DNA of 64,000 nucleotides from a bacterium (GTDB lineage Bacteria; RBG-13-61-14; DATKZS01): NCBI GenBank assembly GCA_963674965.2, contig CAXXFL010000001.1, positions 1,312,001 to 1,376,000 of the forward strand, read 5' to 3'. Shown piece by piece: positions 39,137 to 48,493 of this stretch (position 1 is its first letter; each line of letters starts with the position of its first letter). The notes under the pieces were generated by a model. It saw only the letters and a program-made list of their open reading frames with translations, ran no database searches and was not told where the DNA came from. The position numbers and the translations under genes were made by a program.

Positions 39137-39912
39137 TAGCTCACCCCCCGCGCCGCCAGGGCGTCTTCGAGACCCGAAGCCGCGTATCGCTCCGAAGCGG
39201 CCCTGAACCTTTCCTCGGCGGCCAATACCTCGGGGTCTGTCGTTTCGACTTCGGCTTTTGCCTGGTTTCGGATGATTCCGAGCAAGTAAGCCTCGGCCTT
39301 TCCCGACCGGGAGCAATCCTTGTCCAAATAAACTTGAATGCCCGCGATGACGCGCTCGACCGGGTAGCGGGACCAATTTACTAATTGAGCGGCCAGGACT
39401 GAATCCGATACCTTGCCGCCCTTCCGGGTCGATGCCAAGGCGTCGAATGCCTGTTGTATGAGCTCGCATTGTTCTTGCGAATATCGAGAAAGGAGTTCTT
39501 CTTCCGATTTTTCTATACTTTTTCTTTCCGGGTGGTCTAACTCCCCCGGGTCCGGTGTAAGAATCACCACCCCTCCCGGGGTATTTTCACCACGGGTGGT
39601 CTCATCACCAGGGGGTATCTCGCCACCGGTCAAGCGATAGCGATTAATCTTGCCCGGTGTTCGGTCAATGGCAATCACCCCGCGCTTTTCGAGCTTGACC
39701 AATTCCCGCGATACCTCGCGGGCGTCAAGGTTCAAACGCGCCGCTATAGCCGCCCGACTCGGATAAGCATTGCTGTCTTTCGTGTTCATATAGGTCGCCA
39801 GCGTTATCCCGACGGCAAACGTCCGCCAGGATATCGGGTCCGGCCCATAGCGTAATTCAAAAAGCCGTTGAACGGCGGGCAAGTAGATGAACTTCGGGAT
39901 GCTCATGGCCAC
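39136..39912 (-). CDS. Phage-type replication initiator-like HTH protein
   Basis: AYPSRAAIAARLNLDAREVSRELVKLEKRGVI...NRY winged HTH; C-terminal AYLLGII; TAATG coupling to the primase. Confidence 0.75.
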   Translation of the reverse strand: MAMSIPKFIYLPAVQRLFELRYGPDPISWRTFAVGITLATYMNTKDSNAYPSRAAIAARLNLDAREVSRELVKLEKRGVIAIDRTPGKINRYRLTGGEIPPGDETTRGENTPGGVVILTPDPGELDHPERKSIEKSEEELLSRYSQEQCELIQQAFDALASTRKGGKVSDSVLAAQLVNWSRYPVERVIAGIQVYLDKDCSRSGKAEAYLLGIIRNQAKAEVETTDPEVLAAEERFRAASERYAASGLEDALAARGVS

Positions 39913-39915
39913 CGG

Positions 39916-40137
39916 TTATGCAATGTTTCCTGAACATTTTTTTTGGCGGCAAACGGCCCGGTCCCGAAGGAATCCCTCGAAGGCAAGCCGATCAATCCGC
40001 CAGACGGGACGCCCGCCAGCCGGGCCGATGTTCGTCAAACCGGGGATGCTTCCGGCCAAAGCCTTCCGGCGGACCGTGATAATGTGTTGGCCTAATATGC
40101 CCGCTACTTCTTCAAAGGTCAGGAGACGCCCAATCAT
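39916..40137 (-). CDS. Excisionase-like HTH DNA-binding protein
   Basis: LLTFEEVAGILGQHIITVRR...GSIPG...WRI; RBS GGAGG. Confidence 0.8.
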   Translation of the reverse strand: MIGRLLTFEEVAGILGQHIITVRRKALAGSIPGLTNIGPAGGRPVWRIDRLAFEGFLRDRAVCRQKKCSGNIA

Positions 40138-40182
40138 AAAATACCTCCGGATACTCTATCGTCTTGTTTGATCATGTAATTG

Positions 40183-40210
40183 AGTATACAACATAAGGCG
40201 ACAGTGTCAA
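40183..40210 (-). promoter_or_regulatory. Sigma70 promoter of the element's replication/integration operon
   Basis: Minus strand TTGACA-16 bp-TATACT. Confidence 0.65.
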
Positions 40211-40338
40211 CCTCTAAACATCTGTTTTCATTATATTTTCTGGTTATTTTTTTATCCCTAAAAATTTAACCAACGTAATTTTTCCGGGATCTTAGAGGGT
40301 CTTTTATTGGTATTTTTAAAGGTGTCGAAGGCGGGGTA

Positions 40339-40929
40339 TTATTCCCATGATTTAATTTTTGATTGTATCTTTTTTAAAAATTCTGGGTCAATTGGGGCTG
40401 GGTTATTTGTCTCAGCGACAATAAATTCACGCCCGCAAGGGTCTATTTCTTGCCATTCTCCATTAGGCATTTTTTTCTTAAGAACATGTTTGGGCCGCTC
40501 TTTTTGTATTCGGTCGATGCTGTTTTTGACTTCCGCTTCGGAAATATTCAATTTCCGTGCGATCCAGGCTCTGCTCTTGCCTTCCTTGTAATATGGATGT
40601 ATTTTATTATCTTTTTCAAGGGCTTTTCGCTGTTTCTTGTTTTGGGGAAGGTTCTGTTTCTTTTTGAGTTCTTTTATTAACGGCATGAACTCGTTATCAA
40701 CCATGGAGTGTAGATTATTCCTAATAACGCCGTCGGATTGCAATATGTCCACGTCAAAGGCCATGTTCAACCATAGAAATATGTCCTCTTTTCTGTGGTA
40801 GTGGTACAAAAAAACGGGTTCGTCAATCATCGGCGTGATCTGTGATTTATTTTTCTGTCCTTCGCTCTTCTTTTCGTCTTTGCCTTTCCTTTGCGCTCGC
40901 GTACGGCTTCCTTTGCCCATCCTCGCCAC
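40339..40929 (-). CDS. Low-GC hypothetical protein with HTH-like motif (possible regulator)
   Basis: GKSRAWIARKLNISEAEVKNSI; start uncertain. Confidence 0.6.
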   Translation of the reverse strand: MARMGKGSRTRAQRKGKDEKKSEGQKNKSQITPMIDEPVFLYHYHRKEDIFLWLNMAFDVDILQSDGVIRNNLHSMVDNEFMPLIKELKKKQNLPQNKKQRKALEKDNKIHPYYKEGKSRAWIARKLNISEAEVKNSIDRIQKERPKHVLKKKMPNGEWQEIDPCGREFIVAETNNPAPIDPEFLKKIQSKIKSWE

Positions 40930-41306
40930 CTCCCCGCTCTCGAATAGTCTCCTCGCCCTGGACGGGTCCGTTTAGTGCGTCCATGCCTCGCCAAATCCCG
41001 CGAGAGGGTCCATTATACAAAATGGGCATACGTGGTCAAGGGGACGGCCCGGACGGCCTTACGCGGCGTCTCACGGCCCTTGGATATAATCCTTGACAAG
41101 GATATCGGCATATGATGGATCAATTATGCGTCAAGGAATTTTACGCCAAGATATTTGGATGCTCAATCGGTTTCCCCCCATATACGGGGCGATTTTACAT
41201 CTTTAAAAGCCCGCAAACTATCCGGGGCATGGTAGGGTATGCCTTCATGCCCTTCCGGCGTTCCTGGCGGATAAGACGTGGTCGCGCTTCACGTCCGGCG
41301 TTCCCC

Positions 41307-41699
41307 TCATGACTTCTTGCTCGCCTTGACCATGGCCACAATCCCGGCCCGGACGGCCTCGGGGAGGTCGTTCCATTTATCCACTACAAGGGAAAGGTCC
41401 GCGTCCAGGACGGCGCTTCCCGGCCCCTGGCCGCTCATGCCCTGGCCGGTCAAGCCTTGGCCCTGGCCGTGGTCCTCTCCTGGCCGGGGAAGGCCCGGTT
41501 TATTGTATACCGTATTGGATACCGTTCCGGGATTGTTCCGGGATTTTTCTTTCCGCGACGGGTTATCAAGCTGTTCCCCATCTGTCCGGGCGCAATTTAC
41601 GACGCCGCCTAATTCATCGGTAAGGCTCGGATATTGTATTGGATTTTCGTCTTTTTGTCCGGGGTTGTCCTGAATGTGTCCGGTCTCGGAATCAATAAA
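41307..41699 (-). other. Separated 3' part (130 codons) of the integrase gene, restored in frame on excision
   Basis: Continues AEGSTPFGSTI in the integrase frame: FIDSETG...DADLSLVVDKWNDLPEAVRAGIVAMVKASKKS*; no credible start of its own. Confidence 0.75.
41522..41541. repeat. Putative integrase arm-type site (second copy)
   Basis: Identical to 35382-35401. Confidence 0.7.
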
Positions 41700-41701
41700 A
41701 A

Positions 41702-41777
<76 letters not shown>

Positions 41778-41903
41778 GTTTTGGTGATTAAACTAATATA
41801 AAGGATTAGACGGAAAAGTCAAGCCCAAAGCGGGCACAAGGAAACGAGCGCGGCAAAGTCCGGAAGGATAATAGCCTTTCTTTACGGGAGTTTACCTGGT
41901 CGG

Positions 41904-42797
41904 TCAGCTTCCTTTTCGCCTTTGCTCCAAAAGCTTTAAGGCGTTGGACTTGATCTGGGCCTTGGTGTTCTGGGACTTGGCCAGCTTGGCCAGTGATTGC
42001 TGGTTCAGGGCGATAAGCTGTTTAAGGGCCAGGGGAAGGGGCGTCTTGGGGTGAGTGACGATAAGGAGCCTGACGTCCTCGCTCTGGCACCAGTTGGCGT
42101 TTTTGGCGATGTTCTGGATGATATCCTGGGGCAAGTTGGGCGCCTTGAGCATCTGGGCGACCTCGGGCACGCTAAGTTGCGGGTTCTGGAGGATAAAGTT
42201 AAGGACCTTTTTATTGCCCTCCTTGATAAGCAGGTTCCTTACGTTCCGGTTGCCCCGCTTGGCGGCGACCACTTTCTGGTGCGGCTTCATCTGGCGCACG
42301 ACCTGGTAGAGGTTCTCCGAGGTCTGCTGGTTGAGGCCGATCATCATCTTGTTGATCGATTCCTCGCTTTCCTCCTCTTCCTGGGGGTCCTCCTCCTCGT
42401 CCGGGTCGTCCGATTCCTCGAGGTCTCCGTCCCACTCCTCGCCGGAGCCGGGGTCGGCGGCCGCGTCCATACCCTCGGTCCTGGCCACGGTAATGGCGGC
42501 CTCGAAGCTTCTTATTATATCGTCGGAGAGCTTGTCGAACTGGATGGCCATGCCCGGGCCCATGCCCGGCATGGGCGCCTCGACCGTGGCCTGGAAGGCG
42601 ACCTCACCCGGCGCCGCGACGGGCCTCTTGATGCCGGGAAGATGGAACCTGACCTCGACGGCGGTGGTCCGGGGGGCCGGATCATCCGAGGATATAAAGT
42701 ATCCGCCGTTTTTTATCTGACCCTGGAAGGCCGATTCAAGCTCATCGGCGTCGTCGAACCTCACGACCAGGACGAGGGGTGAAGAATCGCTGGACAT
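41904..42797 (-). CDS. PilZ-like domain protein with acidic linker and helical C-terminal domain
   Basis: GGYFI...VEVRFHLPG...GEV...GMAIQF; C-terminal ILQNPQLS...HPKTP. Confidence 0.75.
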   Translation of the reverse strand: MSSDSSPLVLVVRFDDADELESAFQGQIKNGGYFISSDDPAPRTTAVEVRFHLPGIKRPVAAPGEVAFQATVEAPMPGMGPGMAIQFDKLSDDIIRSFEAAITVARTEGMDAAADPGSGEEWDGDLEESDDPDEEEDPQEEEESEESINKMMIGLNQQTSENLYQVVRQMKPHQKVVAAKRGNRNVRNLLIKEGNKKVLNFILQNPQLSVPEVAQMLKAPNLPQDIIQNIAKNANWCQSEDVRLLIVTHPKTPLPLALKQLIALNQQSLAKLAKSQNTKAQIKSNALKLLEQRRKGS

Positions 42798-42807
42798 GGC
42801 CCCGTCC

Positions 42808-44535
42808 TTACCACTCTTCCCTTTCATGGGCGTCAAGCTCGCGTTTGGCCTCCCTGCACTTGGGGTTGCACAAGATGGCCGTCTCGAACTCCTCGATTGC
42901 CCGATCGATTTTGCCCTCGTCCCGGAGCAGCTTGCCTAAAAAGACGTGGGCCGAGTCCATGTGAGGATTGAGCTCGATGGCGCGCTGAAGAAGTTCCCTG
43001 GCCCCTTCTCTTCTCGAGACGAGGTTCAGTTTTTCGTTCGAGTATTTGGCCCAGCCCAGGTATCCCAGGTATTCGGGTTCCTCAGGCTTGGACTCGACGG
43101 CCATCTCGAGGTACTTCTGCGCGTTGGGCCAGTCCCGTTTCCTCACGAAGCTGATGCCCTTCTGGAGATATTGCTCGCCGAGGAGGGCCGACTTCACCTT
43201 GGGCTTTTGAGGCTTATCTCGGAGCTTCTTGAGATACTCGGTCCGGTTGGTCCCGGTGCGAAGCGTCTCGTAGGCCCTTATTATCTGGGCGTTGATTTCC
43301 TCGAGCTTGTCCAGGGCCTCCTTGGAAAGTCCCGGCCTGAAGTTGGAAACGTCGTATTCCGCCCGGACCTCGCGGTAGGCTTTTTTAATTTCCATGTCTT
43401 CCGCGTCTTTTTCCACTCCAAGCAAGGTAAAGAAATCGGCGCTTTTGATGCCCATGTAATCGACCAGAATCTCCGACTCGTCCCGCTTGCCGGGGGGGCT
43501 GAGCGGCGCGGGAGCGGGAGGCTCCTTTACCGCCTCCGCCGATTTCGAGGCCTTGGTCATCCATCCGTCCATGACCTCGTCCTCACTGGCCGTCAGGTCC
43601 TGGTCGCTGATGGTCTCGCTGTCCCAGTCCATCACCTCCGACTCGTCCGGCGGATGGAGCCTCGAGTCGCCGATCTTGCCAGGACCGTCTACCGAGTATT
43701 CCTCCTCCACCACCTCGGGCGCCGTGTCGAGAATTTTGAGCACGAAGTCCTCGATGGGTGGATGGCTGACCTCACGGCCGCCCATGCCCCTCACTCTCTC
43801 GTCGGGCCTTCCCTCCGGCCCGAGAAGGGCCGTCACCAGGAGAAGATACAAAAGCTTGGGCACGAAGGCCTCGGAAAAGGCTTTTTCCTTCAAGTCGAGA
43901 AGGCCGCTTTCGCCGTCGACCTGGAGAACGAAGGCGCTTTCCTTGTCCCCCAGGTCGTACAGGGAAACCCTATCCATGAAGTCCGGCGCCAGGGCCACGG
44001 GGCCTGACGCGGCCCGGGCCAGTTCCTTTTCCGCGGCCCCCGGCGGAAAGAAGCGCATCACGCCCTCGCTCATGACCGGCTCGGTCTTCATCTCGAACCT
44101 GTAGATGTCCTCGACGAAGTCCACGTCGGGAATGAACTCGAACTCACCCGAGGTCCAGGCGAAACAGCTTAATAGCTTCTCCTTGGTCTGCGCCTTGACC
44201 TCGTGATATAGGTCCCGAGCGGAAATTCGGCCCAGCTTGACCAGGGCCGCGCCCTGCTGGATGTTCTCGTCGATCATGAGCTTGATGCTCTCGTCGTAGT
44301 CCTCCTCGCTGATTTTGCCCTTCTTGATCAGATAACGGCCAAGGGTCTCGTTGCGAAGGGTGCTCTGAACGTTAACGGGGGACCCCTCGACCATGAAGAC
44401 CACCTTCTCGAGGGCGCCCCTTTTTAACGACAAGCGGCCGGTTACCGAGCGCTCGTGAAGAAATTGAAGGACCCTCGGAAAAGGATAATCCTCGAGGTTT
44501 CCGTCCACGCTGATCATTGTCTCGCGAGTAATCAT
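42808..44535 (-). CDS. DUF4388-like plus degenerate J-domain plus TPR protein
   Basis: GNLEDYPFPRVL...TGRL...LGRYL...QGAALV; FFTLLGV...EIKKAY...AYETL; C-terminal TPRs. Confidence 0.82.
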   Translation of the reverse strand: MITRETMISVDGNLEDYPFPRVLQFLHERSVTGRLSLKRGALEKVVFMVEGSPVNVQSTLRNETLGRYLIKKGKISEEDYDESIKLMIDENIQQGAALVKLGRISARDLYHEVKAQTKEKLLSCFAWTSGEFEFIPDVDFVEDIYRFEMKTEPVMSEGVMRFFPPGAAEKELARAASGPVALAPDFMDRVSLYDLGDKESAFVLQVDGESGLLDLKEKAFSEAFVPKLLYLLLVTALLGPEGRPDERVRGMGGREVSHPPIEDFVLKILDTAPEVVEEEYSVDGPGKIGDSRLHPPDESEVMDWDSETISDQDLTASEDEVMDGWMTKASKSAEAVKEPPAPAPLSPPGKRDESEILVDYMGIKSADFFTLLGVEKDAEDMEIKKAYREVRAEYDVSNFRPGLSKEALDKLEEINAQIIRAYETLRTGTNRTEYLKKLRDKPQKPKVKSALLGEQYLQKGISFVRKRDWPNAQKYLEMAVESKPEEPEYLGYLGWAKYSNEKLNLVSRREGARELLQRAIELNPHMDSAHVFLGKLLRDEGKIDRAIEEFETAILCNPKCREAKRELDAHEREEW

Positions 44536-44990
44536 TCCCTGGCGCCTTCTCCCGATATTTCAGTCCATCTGGCCAAACCCGCCCGAGCCGTACAGGATAA
44601 GCCGGGAATTTCTTCCCAGACGAAGCCGCTTTCAAAGCCGCCTCGCAAAGTCCTTTCACGGACGATGGCCTCGGCCGCTTTTGGACCTACGCCTTTTAGA
44701 AGCGCGAAGTCCCTCGCCATGGCCCGGTTGGCGTCCATTTTACGGCCCAGTAAAAAGGAAACAAGGGGAGGACATGAACCGTTCTCCCTTGTCCCGCCCG
44801 CCTCCCTTAAGGAAACAAGATAAGAGTTCCCGTCCATCAAGCAGGCCGGGACCTTGTTATCGCCGTTTCCTCCCGGCTCGGACAAGCCGTTTTGCCACGC
44901 GGTCGCCGTCAATAAGAATAGCATAACCGCGGCGGCCGCGGTAAGGCTATCTCCTTTTTCTGGCCTTGCGTCTTTTCGATTCCTTTTCAT
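44532..44990 (-). CDS. ComEA-like helix-hairpin-helix protein
   Basis: MDANRA...LKGVGPKAAEAIV...IPGL; start uncertain. Confidence 0.7.
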   Translation of the reverse strand: MKRNRKDARPEKGDSLTAAAAVMLFLLTATAWQNGLSEPGGNGDNKVPACLMDGNSYLVSLREAGGTRENGSCPPLVSFLLGRKMDANRAMARDFALLKGVGPKAAEAIVRERTLRGGFESGFVWEEIPGLSCTARAGLARWTEISGEGARE

Positions 44991-46551
44991 CTTTATAAAG
45001 CTTATAGTCAATGCTGTCGATAAGGGCCTGCCAACTGGCCTCTATAATATTATCCGACACTCCCACCGTTCCCCAGGAGTCCTTTCCGTCGGTGGACTCG
45101 ATCAGCACCCTGACCTTGCTCTCGGTGGCCAGGCCGGCGGGAAGCACTCTCACCTTGTAGTCCGTGAGTCTGACCTCGTTGAGGTTTTTATAGAAGCGGC
45201 CCAGGGCCTTTTTAATGGCATTATCCAGGGCGTTGACGGGACCGACCCCGAGGGCCGCGGTATGGGCCTCCCCATGAGGGGTCTCGATCATGATGGTCGC
45301 CTCCGCCGCGGCCTGCTGATCGTCGGGCCGGCGCTCGTCAATGACCCTGAACCCTTTGAAGTCGAAAAACCTTTTCCTCGAGCCCAGGGCTTCCTGCATA
45401 AGCAGCTCGTAGCTGGCCTCGGCGCCCTCGAACTGGTAGCCCTTTTCCTCGAGGAGCTTAACCTGCTCGAGCAGGAGCTTGGCGTCCTCTTTACCCTTGG
45501 CCAACTCGTGGCCGTACTCCTCGGCCTTGAGCACGATGCTGGCCGCGCCGGAAAGGTCCGAGATGATAAAGCGCCTTCTGTTGCCCACCTGGTCCGGGTC
45601 CACGTGCTCGTAAGTTCGCGGGTTCTTGCGCACCGCGTCGGCGTGCTGGCCGCCTTTATGGGCGAAGGCCGAGTCGCCCACGTAGGGCTGATGGGTGGGG
45701 GGCGCGATAAGGGCGATCTCGTAAACGAAGTGGCTTATCTCCCGGAGTTTCCGAAGCCTGGCGGCTGACATGACGTTGAGACCCATCTTGATGACCAGGT
45801 TGGGGATGATAACTATAAGGTCGGCGTTCCCCGCCCTTTCGCCCAGGCCGTTGATGGTACCCTGGACCATGGAGACCCCGGCCTCGACGGCCGCCAGGGA
45901 GTTGGCCACGGCCAGGCCGCAGTCGTTATGGCAATGGATGCCGAGGGGAACGTCCACCATGCCCTTTACGGTCTCGACCGTCTCCGCGATATAGGCGGGC
46001 AGGCTTCCCCCGTTGGTGTCGCAAAGGCAGACGCCGTCCGCCCCCGCGTTGGCCGCGGCGTAGATGACCTCCTCGGCGTAGGTCCGGTCGTGACGCCAGG
46101 AGTCGAAGAAGTGCTCCGCGTCGAACAGGACCTCCTTGCCCCGCTGCTTGAGGTAATCCACCGTGTCGGAGATCATGCCCAGGTTCTCGGAAAGGGTCGC
46201 CCCCAGGACCTCGGTAACGTGAAAGTCCCAGGTCTTGCCCACCACGGCCACGGCCGGCGCCCCGGACTTGACGAGGTTTTGCACCTGCAGGTCCCGGGCG
46301 GGAGTGGTTGCCTTCTTCCTGGTGGCGCCGAAGGCGGTAAGTATCGAGTTTTTAAACTCGAGGGCCTGGGCCTCCTTGAAGAACTGAGTGTCCTTGGGGT
46401 TGGCGCCCGGCCATCCGCCCTCGATATAATGCACGCCCATCTCGTCCAGGCGCTGGGCAATTCTTATCTTGTCCGCCACGCTGAAGGAGACGTCCTCCCC
46501 CTGCGAGCCGTCGCGCAGGGTGGTGTCGTATATTTTTATCTTTGCCGCCAT
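44947..46551 (-). CDS. cimA: Citramalate synthase
   Basis: YDTTLRDGSQGE, IEGGWPGANPKD, DAEHFFD, HCHND, AHKGG, WGTVGVS. Confidence 0.93.
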   Translation of the reverse strand: MAAKIKIYDTTLRDGSQGEDVSFSVADKIRIAQRLDEMGVHYIEGGWPGANPKDTQFFKEAQALEFKNSILTAFGATRKKATTPARDLQVQNLVKSGAPAVAVVGKTWDFHVTEVLGATLSENLGMISDTVDYLKQRGKEVLFDAEHFFDSWRHDRTYAEEVIYAAANAGADGVCLCDTNGGSLPAYIAETVETVKGMVDVPLGIHCHNDCGLAVANSLAAVEAGVSMVQGTINGLGERAGNADLIVIIPNLVIKMGLNVMSAARLRKLREISHFVYEIALIAPPTHQPYVGDSAFAHKGGQHADAVRKNPRTYEHVDPDQVGNRRRFIISDLSGAASIVLKAEEYGHELAKGKEDAKLLLEQVKLLEEKGYQFEGAEASYELLMQEALGSRKRFFDFKGFRVIDERRPDDQQAAAEATIMIETPHGEAHTAALGVGPVNALDNAIKKALGRFYKNLNEVRLTDYKVRVLPAGLATESKVRVLIESTDGKDSWGTVGVSDNIIEASWQALIDSIDYKLYKDEKESKRRKARKRR

Positions 46552-46605
46552 GGAGCTATCTCCGTTTCCCCGCGGCGGGCGGTCCCGGGCAACTTATATC
46601 CCGGG

Positions 46606-47889
46606 TCATTTGCTCGAGCGGGATTTGGCCGCCTTTTTTGCGGCGCTCTTTTTCGGGGCCTTGACCCTTTTCCTGGGCATGTCCAGGCTGAAGGTCTCAT
46701 GGAGCATCCTTACGGCCAGCTCCCCGTATTTCTCGTCCACCACGCAGGACACCTTGATCTCCGAGGTCGAGATCATCTGAATGTTGATCCCTCCCTTGTG
46801 CAGGGTCTCGAAAATCTGGGACGCCACGCCCGCGTGGGAGCGCATGCCCAGTCCCACCACGCTGACCTTGGCTATATTGCCGTCGGTAAGGACCTTGTCC
46901 GTGCCCAGGCCCTCGGCCGCCTCGAGGGTTATCTTCTTCACCCGGGCCAGGTCCTCGTCCCGCACGGTAAAGGATATGTCCGTGTAGCCCTTCTCGCTCA
47001 CGTTCTGGATGATCATGTCAACGCTGATATTGTTCTCCGCCAGGGGCTTGAACAGCTTGGCCGCCACGCCCGGACGGTCGGGCACGGAGCCCACGGTGAT
47101 CTTGCTCTCTTTTTTGTCCAGCGCGATGCCGGACACGATAATGCTTTCCATGTCCTCGTCTCCTTTAACGACCAGGGTCCCTTGTCCGTCGCCCTGCTCG
47201 GGCAGCACGTGAATGGGGACCCCATATTTCATGGCCATCTCGACGGCGCGTATCTGCAGGACCTTGGCCCCCAGGCTGGCCAGCTCGAGCACCTCCTCGT
47301 AGCTGATCCGGTCAAGCCGGCGGGCGCGGGGCTCGATGTGAGGGTCCGTGGTCGAGATGCCGCCCACGTCCTTGTAAAGCTCGCAAACGTCCGCCCCCAC
47401 CCCCGCGGCCACGGCCACGGCGCTGGTGTCGGTCCCGCCCCTTCCCAGGGTGGTCACGTTGCCGTCGCAGTCCACGCCCTGAAAGCCAGCCACGATGGGA
47501 ATGAATCCGTCGGCCAGAAGCTTCCTTAACGGGCCGCCGTCGATGCTCTCGATCCGGGCGTCCTTAAAGGCGCAGTCCGTCCGGATCGGGACCTGGAATC
47601 CCAGAAGCGAGCGGGCCTTGCCGCCAAGGGCCTGGATGGCTATGGCCAGAAGCGCCGTGCTTACCTGCTCCCCCGTCGAGATCAAAGAGTCGTACTCCCG
47701 AAGGTCCGGAAGATCGGTGATGGCCCGAGATAAATCGATCAGCTTGTCGGTCTCGCCCTTCATGGCCGAGGCCACCACGATCACCTGGTCTCCTGAACGA
47801 CGCCTGGCCAGGACCCTGGACGCCACCGCCTTGAGGGACTCGACGTTCGCCAGGGTGCTGCCGCCCCATTTTTGTACCGCCAAAACCAA
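46606..47889 (-). CDS. lysC: Aspartate kinase
   Basis: QKWGGS, SAM, TTLGRGGTD, GAKVL, two ACT domains, TSEIK. Confidence 0.95.
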   Translation of the reverse strand: MVLAVQKWGGSTLANVESLKAVASRVLARRRSGDQVIVVASAMKGETDKLIDLSRAITDLPDLREYDSLISTGEQVSTALLAIAIQALGGKARSLLGFQVPIRTDCAFKDARIESIDGGPLRKLLADGFIPIVAGFQGVDCDGNVTTLGRGGTDTSAVAVAAGVGADVCELYKDVGGISTTDPHIEPRARRLDRISYEEVLELASLGAKVLQIRAVEMAMKYGVPIHVLPEQGDGQGTLVVKGDEDMESIIVSGIALDKKESKITVGSVPDRPGVAAKLFKPLAENNISVDMIIQNVSEKGYTDISFTVRDEDLARVKKITLEAAEGLGTDKVLTDGNIAKVSVVGLGMRSHAGVASQIFETLHKGGINIQMISTSEIKVSCVVDEKYGELAVRMLHETFSLDMPRKRVKAPKKSAAKKAAKSRSSK

Positions 47890-47959
47890 CTTGGTCTACC
47901 TCCATCCCGATTGTAATATCAGCCGGCCTCCTCGGGGGGCCGGACATAAAGCATAAATT

Positions 47960-48478
47960 TCATCCCTGACCGTCAAGCTTTCCGGGCCGGAATTGCAAAA
48001 GGGCCTTTTCCATGGCGGGCCACCTGCCGCTCAGGCCAAGGCCGGGAAAGAAAGAGGCGTCCCTCGTCTCGTCCCCCGTCCTTGAAAGCTCTATCCAAAG
48101 CGTCCCGGGCCCAAAGGCAAAGGCGAACTTGTCGGCCCATTCCGCCACCGTTACTCCCCCGCCCTCGAAGTATTCCTCGTAACCCAGACCCTCGATATCT
48201 CGGGGCTTATCCAGCCTGTAAAAATCGAAATGATAAATATCCAGCCGTCCCCGGTACTCGTTAAGGATCACGTAGCTGGGGCTGGTTACCGCGTCCTCGC
48301 TCTCGACGCCCAGGCCCCGGGCCAGGCCTTTCACAAGCACGGTCTTGCCCGTCCCAAGCTCGCCTACCAGGGCGATCACGTCTCCCGGCCTTATCTCTAT
48401 GGCCAGGGCCTCGCCCGCGGCCAACGTTTCTTCCGCGGAACCGGTCGATATGGTCAAGGCGAGCGGCGGACGTATCAC
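47960..48478 (-). CDS. tsaE: tRNA t6A biosynthesis ATPase
   Basis: GELGTGKT, VTSPSY, HFDFYRL, EW. Confidence 0.95.
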   Translation of the reverse strand: MIRPPLALTISTGSAEETLAAGEALAIEIRPGDVIALVGELGTGKTVLVKGLARGLGVESEDAVTSPSYVILNEYRGRLDIYHFDFYRLDKPRDIEGLGYEEYFEGGGVTVAEWADKFAFAFGPGTLWIELSRTGDETRDASFFPGLGLSGRWPAMEKALLQFRPGKLDGQG

Positions 48479-48493
48479 GACGAAATACTCATG

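Noticed and set aside
41045-41359. 15-bp direct repeat CGGCCCGGACGGCCT 300 bp apart
   Set aside because: Very GC-rich, only two copies and no supporting context; may be chance
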